From the NCBI RefSeq assembly GCF_009914755.1, contig NC_060927.1: 64,000 nucleotides of DNA; one strand, given 5' to 3'. The notes beneath the pieces are model-generated. The model was not told where the DNA came from, did not search any database, and saw nothing but the letters and a program-made list of their open reading frames with translations. The translations under genes were made by a program, and so were the position numbers. How positions within the stretch are numbered: the first letter of the stretch is position 1; the number at the start of each line of letters is the position of its first letter. Positions 1-13,235 of the stretch are shown piece after piece. The DNA comes from the human T2T-CHM13v2.0 reference genome, Homo sapiens.

Positions 1-787
1 ACTGTCTTCTTACCCATCTTATAGTTGTTTCAATTTACAACACTCTTGAAAAGCATATCTTGCGATGATATCTACAATCAACACAGATAATGTTGTATTA
101 CTGAAATTGCTGGAAATCCATTATGCCCTATATATGGAGTAAATGAGCAGCAAATCTACACAGCTGCTGCTAACTACTCTTTTAGACTTCCCTGTAGTTA
201 AGTAATGAATCTTTTTCGACTTCCTGAATAATTTACTCCTAAATGCATTAAATTGAATGTAAAAGGAAGTTTTACAAAATGAAGACAAACCAGTTCTGGG
301 AGTTGATGATAATCTTAAAACTTCTATAATGTTCTTCTTTAAAAAAAAAAATAAGCATGATTCAGTTTTTCTCCTCTGGTCTGAGCTTTAAGTGATGTAA
401 AAACATTAGCTTTAAGAGACATTTAAAATAACAACATATCTATGGTTACTAGTAGAGTATAAAATTCAATTGAATATAAATAGGAGAGCAGATGCTTCTA
501 TAATTATAATAAAAACAAGTTGGCCATACTAATTTTACTTAAGTCAATATTTATCTTAATCTGGTATTTTAAAAATATCATCTATTTTAAAAAAATACAA
601 TAAGGAGGAAAGAATCAATTTTATAGGGTTATTAAAAATAATGAAGTAATCACCTTGAACGAGGGGCTGGCCCTAGGCCAAACTTGTTATCAAAGCTTAT
701 CTTTGCAGCTATTCTCAATTTCATGTCTCCATTTTCAACAGCTCTTTGCTGTCCTAGTTCTTAATGATAATCTTTATATTATTCAAA

Positions 788-930
788 ACTCAGAGTTGGA
801 AAGAGCCTTGAAAGTTCTTTAAGAATATTCCCTCATTAATTGATTAAGAAAATGAGGCCAAAGCAACCCAATTGACATATATATCTTAGATCAATTGACT
901 AGTTAATGGAAAAGGACAAGATTGAAATTA
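788..930 (-). mobile_element. MIR/MIR3-like SINE fragment, highly diverged
   Basis: agagttggaaagagccttga...ccctcatt...gaaaatgaggcc resembles the reverse-strand MIR3/MIR core. Confidence 0.5.
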
Positions 931-1774
931 AAACAATTCCTTAAGGAAAAAAAAATCACAGCTTCATCTAATACACAGGAGCATCAAACAAAATCCTTTC
1001 TGGATAATCCTGGCAGAGGTTTTGCCTCAGTGTCCAGACCAAGTGTTCCCTGATAGACCTAACACACCTGAGCCTGGTTTTCCCCAACATGTCCTCATAA
1101 GTTTCCTGTCCTTTCATTCTCAAGTTGATGAATAAGTAATAACATATACCATAAAATGAGCAATAAGTAAACATGTCATCCCTCACACAGTCAATATTTA
1201 TATTTTAATTAGGCTTTCTGTGTACACAGATATTTAATAAAAAAGGAAAACATCTCCACTGCCATTTCAGGGAATTTGATAAACATACAAAGAGCATTTT
1301 GAGAAGGCTAGCTACTCAGTAGCTCTCAATTCATGACTATCAGGAAGATAACAACTGAGGCTACTGCAATAACTAATGAGGCGATGCATTCAGCCTGCTT
1401 ACAAGAAAAGGTTACAGCTGTGTTCCAGTGAACAAGTAACAATTATTCACACAGCACAACTAAAACTGTACAGTTTACCATCCTTAATCACTGGTGCCTA
1501 TGTTGCTTTGTGAAGACTGGTTTGTTCTCTTTACATAAGATGCGGATTTCTGAGAGTCAAATACTGAATTTTAAAAGACCTGAGTCAAAAAAACAACATG
1601 TCAGTACAATTAAATCCTACTCATGACTCTAACAGAGAATAGAAATCATCATCCATTGTTGCCTAGTCTCTTGGCTATTTCAATTTTATTTCCATTCCAT
1701 CATTTGAACCATCAAAAAGTGATTCTGCACAATACCCTTATTTTGTCGCTTATCAAATTGTCACGATTGCAATT

Positions 1775-1895
1775 GTCTGTTTCTTTGATTATACTTTCCC
1801 AACAACTGTGAGCTGTTTGAGGACTGGCACAAGGTTGATTAACTATTTATCTCCAGTTTCTAGCACAGCACCCAGAACAGAGTAGGAGCTCTTCA
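1775..1895 (+). mobile_element. L2 LINE 3' end fragment
   Basis: actgtgagctgtttgaggac...tatctccag..tctagcacagcacccagaacagagtaggagctc matches the L2 3' terminus motif. Confidence 0.6.
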
Positions 1896-2859
1896 AAACT
1901 TTTCTGCTTAATAATCTACAATAATTATTTTGGTAAATAAGAAAAAATTATATATTCACACAGTGAAACTTGCAATAATGATCAAAGAAGCCAGCTTTCC
2001 TTATTTATTAATGTTGTTCTGATTTTATGTTGGCTTCTAATTCCTTTATAACATACATTTTTAAAATACCAAGTTTCTACTTAAGTTGGAAATATTCCCA
2101 TCCCCATTCGACAGAATAATTTAAGTTTAGTGATTCACTTGTTTACACTTACCAAAAATAGACATGCCAATTTATCATATAAAGTGAAATCAATTATTCT
2201 GACTTAATAAACAGAATAAAATCTAATTGTGTGTTCTTAAGAAAAAGACAGAAGAAAGTAATAACACCAGGCATTATAGTCTTCTATTCCTTTGATCTTT
2301 CAAATGAAAGCAATAAAATTCCCTTTCCCCAACCAAAGTCCTTCTGATAACAGAGCAAAAAGGACAGGTCACATACAAACAACATTCAGTGATGTCTATA
2401 GGCAAAATAATTCACCATACAAGTTCTGTCTATGATGAAATATGGGAACAATAACCTGTTTTTTACATACAAGGCATAAACTGAGGACATTATATTCACA
2501 GATAAATTTATTTTCTTACAAAATTAATTGACAAAATTCTAATACACACACACACACATACACTTGTCAACAAATCAACCCCTTTACCTTTGTTTAGCCG
2601 CATCTCAGCTGGTAATCAAAGGCAAAATTTAACCTTGACATTAGTGAACTGTATTTATTTGTAAGGGGAAAAATAGTGATTTACTTTAACTACCTTGAAA
2701 CTTTTGTTAAAAGGAAACCAATTGCAATGTGCTTAGCCCAAATTTGCTTGTTTAAAAGAAAAATAGAAAGTTTTGAGGGAAGGTCATCAACATTAATAGG
2801 CCATTTAAAATCCCTAATTTGAAATGTTTATTTGAATTAATCAAACAATAAAAATTGAT

Positions 2860-2970
2860 ATAGAGTACTAGAGAGAGAAATAGGCAGAGAGTCAAGAAAC
2901 TTAATTCTAGATATGTCTTGGTTACTAATTAAGTATATGGCCTTGAGCAATTTACTTAATTTAGTTGGTC
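2860..2970 (+). mobile_element. MIR SINE fragment
   Basis: gagtcaagaaac...ttactaattaagtatatggccttgagcaatttacttaat resembles the MIR core. Confidence 0.55.
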
Positions 2971-3059
2971 CCCACCAAGTACTACTAATTCTTTTCAGCA
3001 AATATTTCTCAGTCCTGTAAGGATCTTTAATATCTACATGATTACAGGTTGACAGCTGC

Positions 3060-3553
3060 TTTCACTGGCTTTAATCTGCTGTCTCTCTACCTTCTTTTGG
3101 ACCACAAACTGTGCTTCCTCCCAGTCCTACTGCTGTTTTTCACACCTCTGCCAGGACAATTTTTTCCATAGAGCAAATCTCACTCAGCAATTCAAATGCT
3201 TCAAGGACATGCTATTAGCTATGAGATACATGTAGACCTCTCACCTAAGCCAGCAAGCCCCTCCATGACCTGGTCTCTGCCAGCCCATTTATACTCCAGT
3301 CTATCAGTCTCCATATGCAGTAAGCTATCAGCTCACATGGAATCACTAGAATAATGTGCCACTCCTTTTACACCTCGCCACTTGCTGTTCCTTCTCAGTA
3401 TAATGCCCCTCTGTCATTTATCTTGCTAAATTGTTTTTCATCCTTCAAGACTCAATTTAAAAGCCACTTTGTCTGTGGAGTCTCCCCTGACCCATTCAGA
3501 AAAATCTTATTATAGGTAGATTGAACTGATCTTACATCTCTGTTCTCATAGTT

Positions 3554-3584
<31 letters not shown>

Positions 3585-3792
3585 AAACTATTCCTTTAGA
3601 TGGTCATTTTATTTTTATTCTCCATCATTACACCATAAATAATGTTTAATTGTATATCTCCCTTTAAAGACTGAGATTTTTGAATGTGAGATTTTTGTCA
3701 CTTTTGTTTTTGTCTCTGTCTTCATCTTCTTGAATAATACAGTATCTTACTCAATGTAGGCATAAAATATGTGTTACTACAATCAATAAATG
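3060..3792 (+). mobile_element. L2 LINE 3' region
   Basis: L2-type motifs caagcccctccatgacctggtctctgcc, tccttcaagactcaatttaaaagccact, gactgagatttttgaa, and a terminal ...aatcaataaatg. Confidence 0.7.
3558..3584. repeat. (TG)n microsatellite
   Basis: Directly visible TG run of about 13 units. Confidence 0.95.
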
Positions 3793-5939
3793 GAACCTGT
3801 TGTCCTATTTGATAACACGAGGTGTCAATGAGCGCATGCTATGGGCTGTGATTGTGTTTCTTGGAGTCTCTGAATAACCTAAAATTTTGTACATGGATGC
3901 GCTTATCCATATGACCATGAAAATGTCAGTAGTTTTATCAGGTTTCCAAACAGATCTATTACCCAAAGATTACATCTAGTTCTAATATTATATGAGTCTA
4001 AATTTAAATTTATAAACCAACCTCAAAGTACAATAATACAATTACCTCTAACCAGACTCTTTCTACCCAATAATTCAAAAGGCCATTAAAACAATCCCTG
4101 ATTCTGCCTTCCATCGAATCTTTACCTTGCCATTTTGTTAGCCCAAAGAGGCAAAAGCAGAAGTAATGCTACACTTTGCACTGTTGTTTTAGCCTTTGAA
4201 GAATATTGTAGTCAGATTGGTGCTGCAGAGAGATTTAAGGAGAGAAATAGACCAAGAAATTTCAACATGAGAATCTGAGTAACAATTTATCTTATGTTGG
4301 TCAGTTTGATTAAAAGTGTCTAACTTTGTATCCATAATTTCCTACTTGTCCTCAGACAATTCGTAGAATTCAACAGAATATTCTTATTGACGTTCAGCAT
4401 TTAAGAAACAAATTTTCAGTTTATGATGATATTGAGACTCAAACTAGTATTCTACTTGGAAAATTGCTAGTTTCTGTTTGCTAAAAGAAAAATTTCGTTC
4501 TCTAATTCTGAATTGAATATTTTTCATCATTGTCTTAAACTGGAAGTTTTATTAACAAATGCATAAATATATGCTTTACAAAATGCATGCTTTTATAAAG
4601 TACTTTCTAGATGCAATTAAAATCTTTATTTTATAGCTCATTTTCTTCTAATAAGATCAAATAAATTGTAATTTATTACATGTTCTTGTCATGATCCTGT
4701 TTACTTGAATTTCTTTAGTCTTGTGGCAGTATTATCATATACATTGACTTAATTGTAGAATGTGAACAAAAATATACTTATAATTTTTGTGTGGAAAAAA
4801 CATTTATCATATAATAGTAGCCAGATATTTATTTTGTAAAAGTGGCTTGAAATATAATTTGTTGGAAACATAAACATGAACTGTGTTATATTGGAAATTA
4901 TAATGTTTTCATCAATTAATGTCCTTATATTAACTATCAATCACCAATGCAGCCTAAAAAACAGCTCTAGGACATTGTAAAGAAAAATATAAAATTTACT
5001 GTTACTTAATGTTTTTAAAATGCAGATCAAGTTCATATATTGAAATATTACCCCCATACTAAATATTAAGCCTCCTATTTTGTGAACTGCTCCCAGAGAC
5101 ATGGCTATGCCCTTAATTAGTATACAGGCTCAGTGTATTTACTATTCTTGGCTTAGAGTAAGAGATAAAATAGAAAACAACTTTGGAATATTATACTTTT
5201 CTACTCCATTCATAATTATTTCTTAAACTAAAAATACTAATCAATATCATTTACACATTTTGTGTGTAAGTGTTTTTTTATTTTGAAGTCATCTCTTAAC
5301 CTTGTTCAACAGATAACAGTGGCCACTGTGGTTGAAGAACTTAATTCAAGCATTTGGATTGAGGCTCAGGGCCATTTCTCCCTCATTGATACTCCTTTGA
5401 AAAACACTGGTATGGATCATTGATAACTTCTGGCTGGTACCAAGTCGTTCAAGTAGAAACATAAATAACAGTCTTTAAGTGAATTCAAACTTTCAGGTAC
5501 AGCTAAAAATATACCTTCAAAAATTGAACTCTATTAAGTTAACTTAATTCTGATTTTTCTATTTACTGTAAGAATAATCTTTATTCTCTTCTACAATGAC
5601 TTCAGATGTTGAGAAATAAAAGGAACTAGTGATCTCTCAATGACATCCCAAAAATTGATTGCGGAATTTATGCTAAAAGATGTTAGAGATTATTCTATAT
5701 TACATGAAGGCATTGCTATCTTTCTATATTATCTACTCCAGAGTCTTTCCTGATGAATGAGAGAAAAGAGAATACATGAAAGCAAAATTACATCTAATTT
5801 CTCAAAGTCTCTACAGGATCTCTGATAACTCTATGATGTACTTTCTGATTGTTTTAATTACTCAACTCTTCTACAAATATTTAGTCAGGCTCAGCTCAGC
5901 CCTTGACAGCCAGCTTACTGGTCTCCCCCTGCCAACATA

Positions 5940-6830
5940 CAATGCACATTGAGCATTTACTATATGCCAGATTCTATTCTAGGCACTAGGATATGAAAAT
6001 GAATAAAACATTAAAAACCTCTTGCCTTCATAGAACTTACATTTTAGTAGAAAAAAACTGTCAACAAACAATCATAAATTTAAAAATACCATACACAACT
6101 ATATGTACATACTATCACTGTATATGGTGTATATATTTGTATGTGTATATGTTTAATAAATGCTATGGGGAAAATAGATATAAAGCAGGGAAAGGTGAAG
6201 GTTGCAGGAAAAAGGATTGTAATATTTTACATAAAGTGGTCTAGTAATGCCTCTTTTGGGTGACATTTAAGGAAAGATCCCAAGGGAATGAGGATAAGCT
6301 ACACAGATAGTTGTGGGAAGAGAATTCTAGAGAGAGAAAACAGTGAGTGTAAAGACCCTGATAAAAGAGGTATGTGGAGTGTTCATGTTCCAAAGAACAT
6401 CCGAGAGGCAGTTGTGCTTGAGCAGAGTGAGCCAGGGTCAGAGTCTTAGGAGCAGAGATTGATGAAGTATTGGTCCAGGGCATGCTATGCTAGGCCTTCT
6501 AGGCCACTGTAAGAACTACTGCTATTTTTACTTTTATTTTTTCAGTAATATGAGAAGCTGTTGGAGAATTTTTGGTTGAAGAGTAACATGTTCTAACTCC
6601 TGCTTTAAAAGGTTCACTCTGGCTTCTGTGTTGGGAATTAGGAGTAGAAGAGGATCAGGACAGGCAAATACGGACCAGTTAGTAAGCCATTGCAATAATA
6701 CAGAAAGAAGGCATGGATGGCTTGGGCCAGCGTAACAGGAGAAGGAGGTGGTTGAGCCAAGGTCAGATTCTGAATCTATTTAGAAGGCATCTTATAGAAT
6801 TTTCTGATGGCTTGAGTGTGGGGTCTAAGA
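5940..6830 (-). mobile_element. L2 (L2a-like) LINE 3' region
   Basis: cattgagcatttactatatgccag...ctaggcactaggatat...tgccttcatagaacttacattttagt; ggtgacattt; ttcactctggcttctgtgttgg; gtcagattctgaatctattt are reverse-strand L2 hallmarks. Confidence 0.8.
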
Positions 6831-7040
6831 CAAAAATAAACCTTATCTTTTTGCTAAACTATAAAAACATGATTGTGGAAAATCTTTTGTAAATAAAGTT
6901 CTGGACATATGCAGCAGTTTACTTATAAGATTGTAGTATAAAAAGTCTTGGTATGAAAATATTAATAAGTGTCACAATGAGAAATGCACCTGGTAAAATA
7001 ATCAAGAAAAAGTATTTTTTTAAATAAAATAAATATTATT

Positions 7041-7043
<3 letters not shown>

Positions 7044-7077
<34 letters not shown>
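7044..7077. repeat. (CA)n microsatellite
   Basis: Perfect AC run of 17 units. Confidence 0.95.
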
Positions 7078-7079
<2 letters not shown>

Positions 7080-8199
7080 AGTTTTCTGTGACAGAACAAA
7101 AATATCAACTGGGAGTGATATTTTTTTAATTTTAATTTTAATGTTCTGATTATAGTACAGAGTTATAATAATATTTAATATATTATACTGCATCCTAGTA
7201 AATTTAGAACTCGAGTAATTTCTTATATCCTATGTTTTATATTCAAATATATTTTGAATTATTAAATTGGGAAGACTAAATAGCCTCACTCAGGGTTTAA
7301 AACCAAGAGTCATATACCACTAAGATATGTTAAGGACCATTATGTCTGCTGTGGTTGTAAAGCATATATAGTATCTATTATAATTCAAAATCCCACACTC
7401 TCACTACATTATTCCCAGGAAAAGCTATACTTAATTTTCAAAACTATTTGGAGTTTTGGGTAATCGTAATTTAAATAAATAAATAATTTGCTTTTTAAAA
7501 GACTGAATCAAATAATTGGAGAGAAATATGTCTCTGCGTGTGTGCGTGAGTGTGTGTATGTGTATGTTTAAGTTTTTAGTGCAATTCAACACAAAGTTTA
7601 GTTCCTGAATTTTGACAGCTAAAAAGAAAAGAAAAGCACCATTAGCTATGTCAGTCTCATTAGCTAATAAAATAAAATACAAATCAAAGCTATTTAGGGT
7701 CCGTAAGTATTTTGATAGGTCCAAACTGAGGAAGTTATTGTATCAACTTTTAAATAACCAAATAGTGTTTTTAAAGGTGTTTCATAAAAAAATTGGATTC
7801 AATTAATTTGACAAACTTTTCTTGATATCCATTTTTATACCAGGTTAGGGGGTGAGATAAAGAAAAAGTATATACAAGATCTTGCTATAAAAACCAACAG
7901 TTTAGTATTGTAAGCTATTAAAGGGGGAGGAAGGAAGATTCAGAAAAATAAGAGAATGTTTTGCAGGTGGTAACTGAAACAAGTGCTAGGTAAGTAGGTT
8001 AGATGTTTTTACAAAAATGACAATTATTTCTGAAAAGTCTTAAGTTAATCAGAGGCTTATTTGAAATTGAATTTTTAAAATAATTTCATTCTGGCAATGT
8101 ATGAAGGGTGGTTTGGATAAACGCTGAAATTGAAATCAGGAAAGCCAGATATCTATTCCAAATATTATATATCCAAAAATTTATATTCAAATTGGCCAA

Positions 8200-8910
8200 A
8201 ATTACTCAAAGTATGGATCCCCAGAGGCCTGCATCACAAACATCTGTTGCTACGAAGTCAGAGAGAAGTCTGACTCCTTGCCAGAAATGTATGTGCGATG
8301 TTTTTAGACTTGACTATAAGCAATAAAAAAGTCTTTACCTAACAAGTCTCACAGGGAAATGCTGTTCTTCCCCACCAGACATGGTGCACAGCCAATGCCT
8401 TGTAGGCTCTGAAGGGAGTTGCTGTCAAAGGTTCAGACCTCCTGGACAACCATGCTCTTAAACATAGTTGGGTTCATGGCCTAGGTGCCGCCATTTGGAG
8501 TCCTCTGTATTGGGAGTCTTCAGCAGAGGCCATCCTCAGTAGAGGCCATCCTCTTCAGCAGAGGCTGCTCTGACTTAATACTCAGCACTTTGACACCCCT
8601 AGTCGTTTCCTCCTACCCCCTAGTCCCTTGGTCTATAAAACTGCAGATTTTGTTCTGGATGTCCACGTCTGTGCTGATGTACCTGACCCTCAACTGGTGC
8701 CCTTCCATGGAGGGAAAATGGAACACAAAGGAGTCTTGTCTCAGGGGAGTCTGCTGAGTCAGGCTCAGCTCAGCTCAGCCCTCTTCTTAGAGGCAGCTTA
8801 CTTGTCTCCCCTCAACATACTGCTTCAGGATTTGTAGCAACTGGCTCAGGAATCTGCATGTTTAATAAGCTTTCCAGGTAACTATTCTGCATACTTGAGT
8901 AAAACTGCTG
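8200..8910 (+). mobile_element. MER5-like hAT-Charlie MITE split by an LTR insertion (pieces ~8200-8244 and 8818-8910)
   Basis: Left piece actcaaagtatggatcccagaggcctgcatca; right piece ggctcaggaatctgcatgtttaataagctttccaggtaactattctgcatac...gagtaaaactgctg; both resemble MER5A/B ends. Confidence 0.6.
8245..8817 (+). mobile_element. Ancient solo LTR, family not identified
   Basis: 573-bp GC-richer block with inverted termini TGTTG...CAACA and an internal TATAAAA at ~8634; it interrupts a MER5-like element. Confidence 0.6.
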
Positions 8911-8919
8911 ATCAAATCA

Positions 8920-9318
8920 GTAGATGGAAGGAGTCTGAACTCAGCCATTGGTTGTGAATGAAGAGAAAGAATGACAGAGATATTCAGGGTCAGTGGGAAT
9001 TAAAATGTTATCAACAGTGTGGAAGTGGGAAAAATGAGTGAAAAACAAACTTGCATCAACCAAAAGGAGACATAGAGGAGAAGCAGCAGTGACGACACAC
9101 TGAATTTTGAGATATGTTCAGGAATATATTTTCATCAAGCAGTTAGATAAGTGGATACATAAACTTAGATCCTAGGAAAAGTCTGAGATGTGAGATAATA
9201 ATTTGGAATCAGCAATACGTGTTAAGAGAAGAGGGGAAGTTAAAAACACAACAGTAATGAGAAAATCAAGAATACAATATAGAGTGAAAAAAGACAAGGG
9301 TACCTGATGAAACTCTGG
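8920..9318 (-). mobile_element. L2 LINE fragment
   Basis: tgaattttgagat...caagcagttagataagtgga...gtctgagatgtgagataataatttggaatcagca is reverse-strand L2-like. Confidence 0.55.
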
Positions 9319-9674
9319 TGTTTTAGTTCATTCTCATGCCCAAGACTGGGTAATTTATAAGGGAAAAAGTTTAATTTACTCACAGTTCATATGGCATCGG
9401 AGGCCTCAGGAAACTTACAATTATGGCCGAAGGAGAAGCAGGCACGTCCTCCTTCTCATGGCAGCAGCAAGAAGTGCAGAATGAAGGATGTGGGAAAGCC
9501 CCTTATAAAACCATCAGATCTTAGGAGAAGTCACTCACTATCATGAGAACAGCATAGAGGTAACCGCCCCCATAATGCAATTACCTCTCACTGAGTCCCC
9601 CGCACAACACATGGGGATTATGGGAACTACATTTCAACATGAGATTTGGGTGGGGACACAGCCAAACCTTATCA
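9319..9674 (-). mobile_element. THE1 (THE1C/D-like) MaLR solo LTR
   Basis: ccaagactgggtaatttataa...gaggcctcaggaaacttacaat...ccttataaaaccatcagatct...gagatttgggtggggacacagccaaaccttatca; TG...CA ends; 5-bp TSD tctgg/cctgg (1 mismatch). Confidence 0.9.
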
Positions 9675-10409
9675 CCTGGAGAGCCATTTGTCAAATAGGC
9701 AGAAGAGTCCATTGGCAGCTGAGTAGCATGGCCACCCTTGAAAGCTTTTCTTTTGTGGCCTCTTGACAAATATAGCTTCATAATGTGAAACTGTAATTAT
9801 GTAAAGGCATTTATTTAGATAACTCAAGTAAGGTTTCTCAGCTACATAGCATTTTGGAGATCTGACTTCCAAAAGGAATAAATGAATAATGATTCCTTTG
9901 GGTTTCCTCCATTGGACTGCTGAGTATGTCAACTGAACTTTTCATAGGAGATAACTGCACAGTAGATAATTCAAAATTAAGACACTAATTGACAATGGGG
10001 ATTTGGGTTTCCATGACTCTACTCACTGAAGTGATGGCATAAGTATCTCTATCCTTAAATCAACATTTGTCATTATCTTTTATGGTTTCAACTGAGATAA
10101 ATAATTGATAAGTAAACTAAAAATTTGCTTGGGAAACATTTAAATTTAATGAACTTCTTAGTAACATCCTCTGGTGTCTGTTTAATAAGTCCTCTTGGAG
10201 ACTATTCTTGGTATTTCTTTCTCCTTTTCAATCTTTCAATAAATTGCATCAGCGATTTTTATTTCCATGTTGAAATAATTGTTGGACTATAAGCACCCTA
10301 AAATACATTCCAAATAAACACTAAAAGGTTATAAAATTTATAGGGAAGAATGAGCCTGGAGTAGTTTATAGTATTAAATTTCTTTTAAAGAAATTATTAA
10401 TAATATTAA

Positions 10410-10522
10410 TAGGATGTTCAAATGCCCCAGTTTGCCAGGGACTAAGAGGGTTCCCAGGGTGGGTGACTTTCAGTTTTTAAAGTGGAAAAGTTCCTCGCAA
10501 ACAGGACTAGTTGCCCACCCCA
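10410..10522. mobile_element. MER81-like hAT-Blackjack MITE
   Basis: ~113-bp imperfect palindrome taggatg..cccagtttgccagggact...gttcctcgcaaacaggac..gttgcccacccca. Confidence 0.7.
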
Positions 10523-10563
10523 TTAAAATATCCACAGATGTTGGAAATTTGATTTGTATTGTG

Positions 10564-10594
<31 letters not shown>

Positions 10595-10648
10595 GAGAGA
10601 GAGAGAGAAACACACACAGAGAGAGCGAGAGAGCGAGAGCGAGAGAGA
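10564..10648. repeat. Compound (CA)n/(GA)n/(GAGAGC)n microsatellite
   Basis: Directly visible. Confidence 0.95.
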
Positions 10649-10649
10649 T

Positions 10650-11064
10650 TGCTATTTGTCTCACAAAGTGTATACTCACCTTTAAAAAATAATGGAATTT
10701 AGTTTGACATATAGCAACAAACTAAAAACACTTTTCAGCCTCCTTTGCTGCTATGTGTGGCTAGGTAAATATATTCTGGCTAATGAGATGTGAGTAATAA
10801 TGATTTGTGAAACTTTTGTCTTATGTTTTTTAAAAAGAATTTGCTACCTTCCATTAACTTTACTCTCCATTCCACTAGCTGAGAATTGATGACATCTGGG
10901 GTAGTTATATTGGATCCAAAGATGGGAAGTCATGTTTTGAGAACAGAAGGGCTGCCCCAGCAGCACTGGGTGTCTCATATTTAAATAGTTATTATATAAA
11001 TGAAAAACGCATGCATATTTTATTTTGAGGTCTCTATTTTATAGCAAGTTTTCCTGTACCCTAA
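10650..11064 (+). mobile_element. MLT1 (MLT1I/J-like) MaLR solo LTR
   Basis: cacttttcagcctcctttgctgctatgtgtggc...ttctggctaatgagatgtgagt...ttttgaggtctctattttatagca match old MLT1 LTR motifs. Confidence 0.7.
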
Positions 11065-13235
11065 AAAAGATGGTCTTTTGTTGTTAAGAACCTTGGCTTC
11101 TGATATTCTTGATTCATTTCTTTTTCTCTTTTTCTCTTTAGGTCTGTAAGGGCGGATGTTCTTCTCTTCCTCTTCTTTGTCAGTGACCACTTTTATTACA
11201 TTCTATATGTATCACTAGATAAGTTCCTTGGATATATTAGTTGGAAGAGATAAAGAAATTTAGAAAATCTTGTTTTCCTTTTAACAAAGCATATCTTATA
11301 AAGTTGTTGTCTTGCTTAGTACTGACATATTATACGTTTGATGTGAGCATATCCTTGCATTTCTTCTGTATTATAATGCCTTGGAATGCAGTTGCTTCAT
11401 GCTGGGTAGATGAAGTGGGGGTCATGGATTGGGGAAATATTTATAAGACAACAATAAAGACAATTAAGACATTCTTGGCAGAAAAATATAAAGAATGATG
11501 TGCTAGGTTCATTTTTGTTAAGCAAAAAACAAAAAACAACAAAATAAATCTGAAAGACAGGATTTGCAAATTGACCCACACAGACCTCTTCACTCAAATT
11601 TGTATCTGACCAAGGCAGTGAGCTTCCTTACTTGAGAATGTCACCTTCTCCAGGGTCAAGAAGAAAGGTCTTGAGGACCTAAACTCCGGAGCCAGTGCAG
11701 GTGGGTGGTGCCCTTGGAAAAAGTGTTTTCTAACTCACAAGACCCAGGCTGAGACCTGATCCAGATCTCAGATGCCTCCTTTGCACAAAACATAACGTGG
11801 ATGCCCAGCAACAATTGGGTGAACAAAATGGGTTCATTCAAAGCTCATTCTGTTACGGTCATTATTTCTATTTCTTGCATTCAACAAGTCCCAGGTCAGG
11901 AGTTTTGGAATGTCTCTCTGGCTGAAGAATGAAGAAGCATATTATAAGTCTAAACCATGTAAAACTAATAAATCAAATTATTTCTACCATAAACTCAGAT
12001 GTAACCTTTCTAATTTTTTCTGTAACTGGGATTAATTTCTATTTCGAGGTTCATTTCCATTTATGCAGAAAGCGTGGTCTTGTCACTTAATCATTTAGGT
12101 AATTTTCCTCAGTCTTATCATCTTTGATTTAATTCCATTTTGAGATTCTTTCTTCCCTCATTTTTTTTCAGTGGCATCTGGGTTCAGTAGAGACATACCT
12201 GCTGTCACTGTATGGGGTAGACCATCTTTATCAGTATCGATACATACTAATTCCTTCTGTGCTGTAACTCATCCATTTTTGCCCTAAGTTGCTCATATCT
12301 CTGCATTGATATCAATTGAAATGGTTGCTTGCAATCCAATCAAGACTGGAGGTAGGCATCTGAGCAGCATCCTACAGTGTAGAGTCCTCTTGCTCCAGCA
12401 GTGACAATAAAGAATACCTCTTGACTTTCCTTCTTTGGCTCATCTCTAAGATCAGCTCAGAAGTTTATTTACTCTTCTCATCACTCACCCCAAGATCCCC
12501 TGGATCCGTGAGACCATCCCCTGAACACTTCATATGGAACTTCTTCTGGTCTAACTACCCCCATCACCCAAACATACACGTGAAAGTACAATCCCCTATA
12601 TTCTGGGTCTACCAAAACTATCCATAATCAAACATAACTAATACTTTCTATGTAAAATACTATTTACCATGTCCCAAATTAGATAATTTTATTGTTCCAC
12701 TTTATGAAGGCAAGGGGATTGGAATCTGGTTAACACATTATTCTTCGTATCCTACTCTTTGTTTCAGGACCTAGCTCTTGGATATTGAAATTCCACAGTT
12801 AACTCTTTTTTTTCCCCATTGTATTCATGAGTGACTTCTCTTCTCATGGGGCAAAAAGGCTGAGTGCCAATTTGAATGAGAAAGTGACCAATTATGCTAA
12901 GAATTTGCAATCCCAGAAAACTACATTACAACTTCATATGTCATCCTACCACTTGCATTTTCTATTTCAATCGTGCATTCTAATAAATAGGCCTCTGTGC
13001 ACAAGCCCAGTTCTCAAGAGTATTACTGTGCTCATCTTTGTGCAGAATAATCAGGTGAGTAGTCAAGATCCTCTCTTCATGTAGATCCAACCAGGGCAAT
13101 TGTCACAGATAAGTATGTAGAATAGGTTTTGTTTTTGTTTTTATTTACAATTCTTCTTTCCCACCCTATAATTTTCCTCCTCCAATGAGAAATTAAATTT
13201 ACATTTATACTTCATAAATAAAAAGTTGAAATTCA

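Noticed and set aside
11500-13110. GC-richer block that might be an exon cluster or ERVL/MaLR internal sequence
   Set aside because: No recognisable protein motif, LTR termini or splice structure; not supportable without a Dfam/BLAST search.
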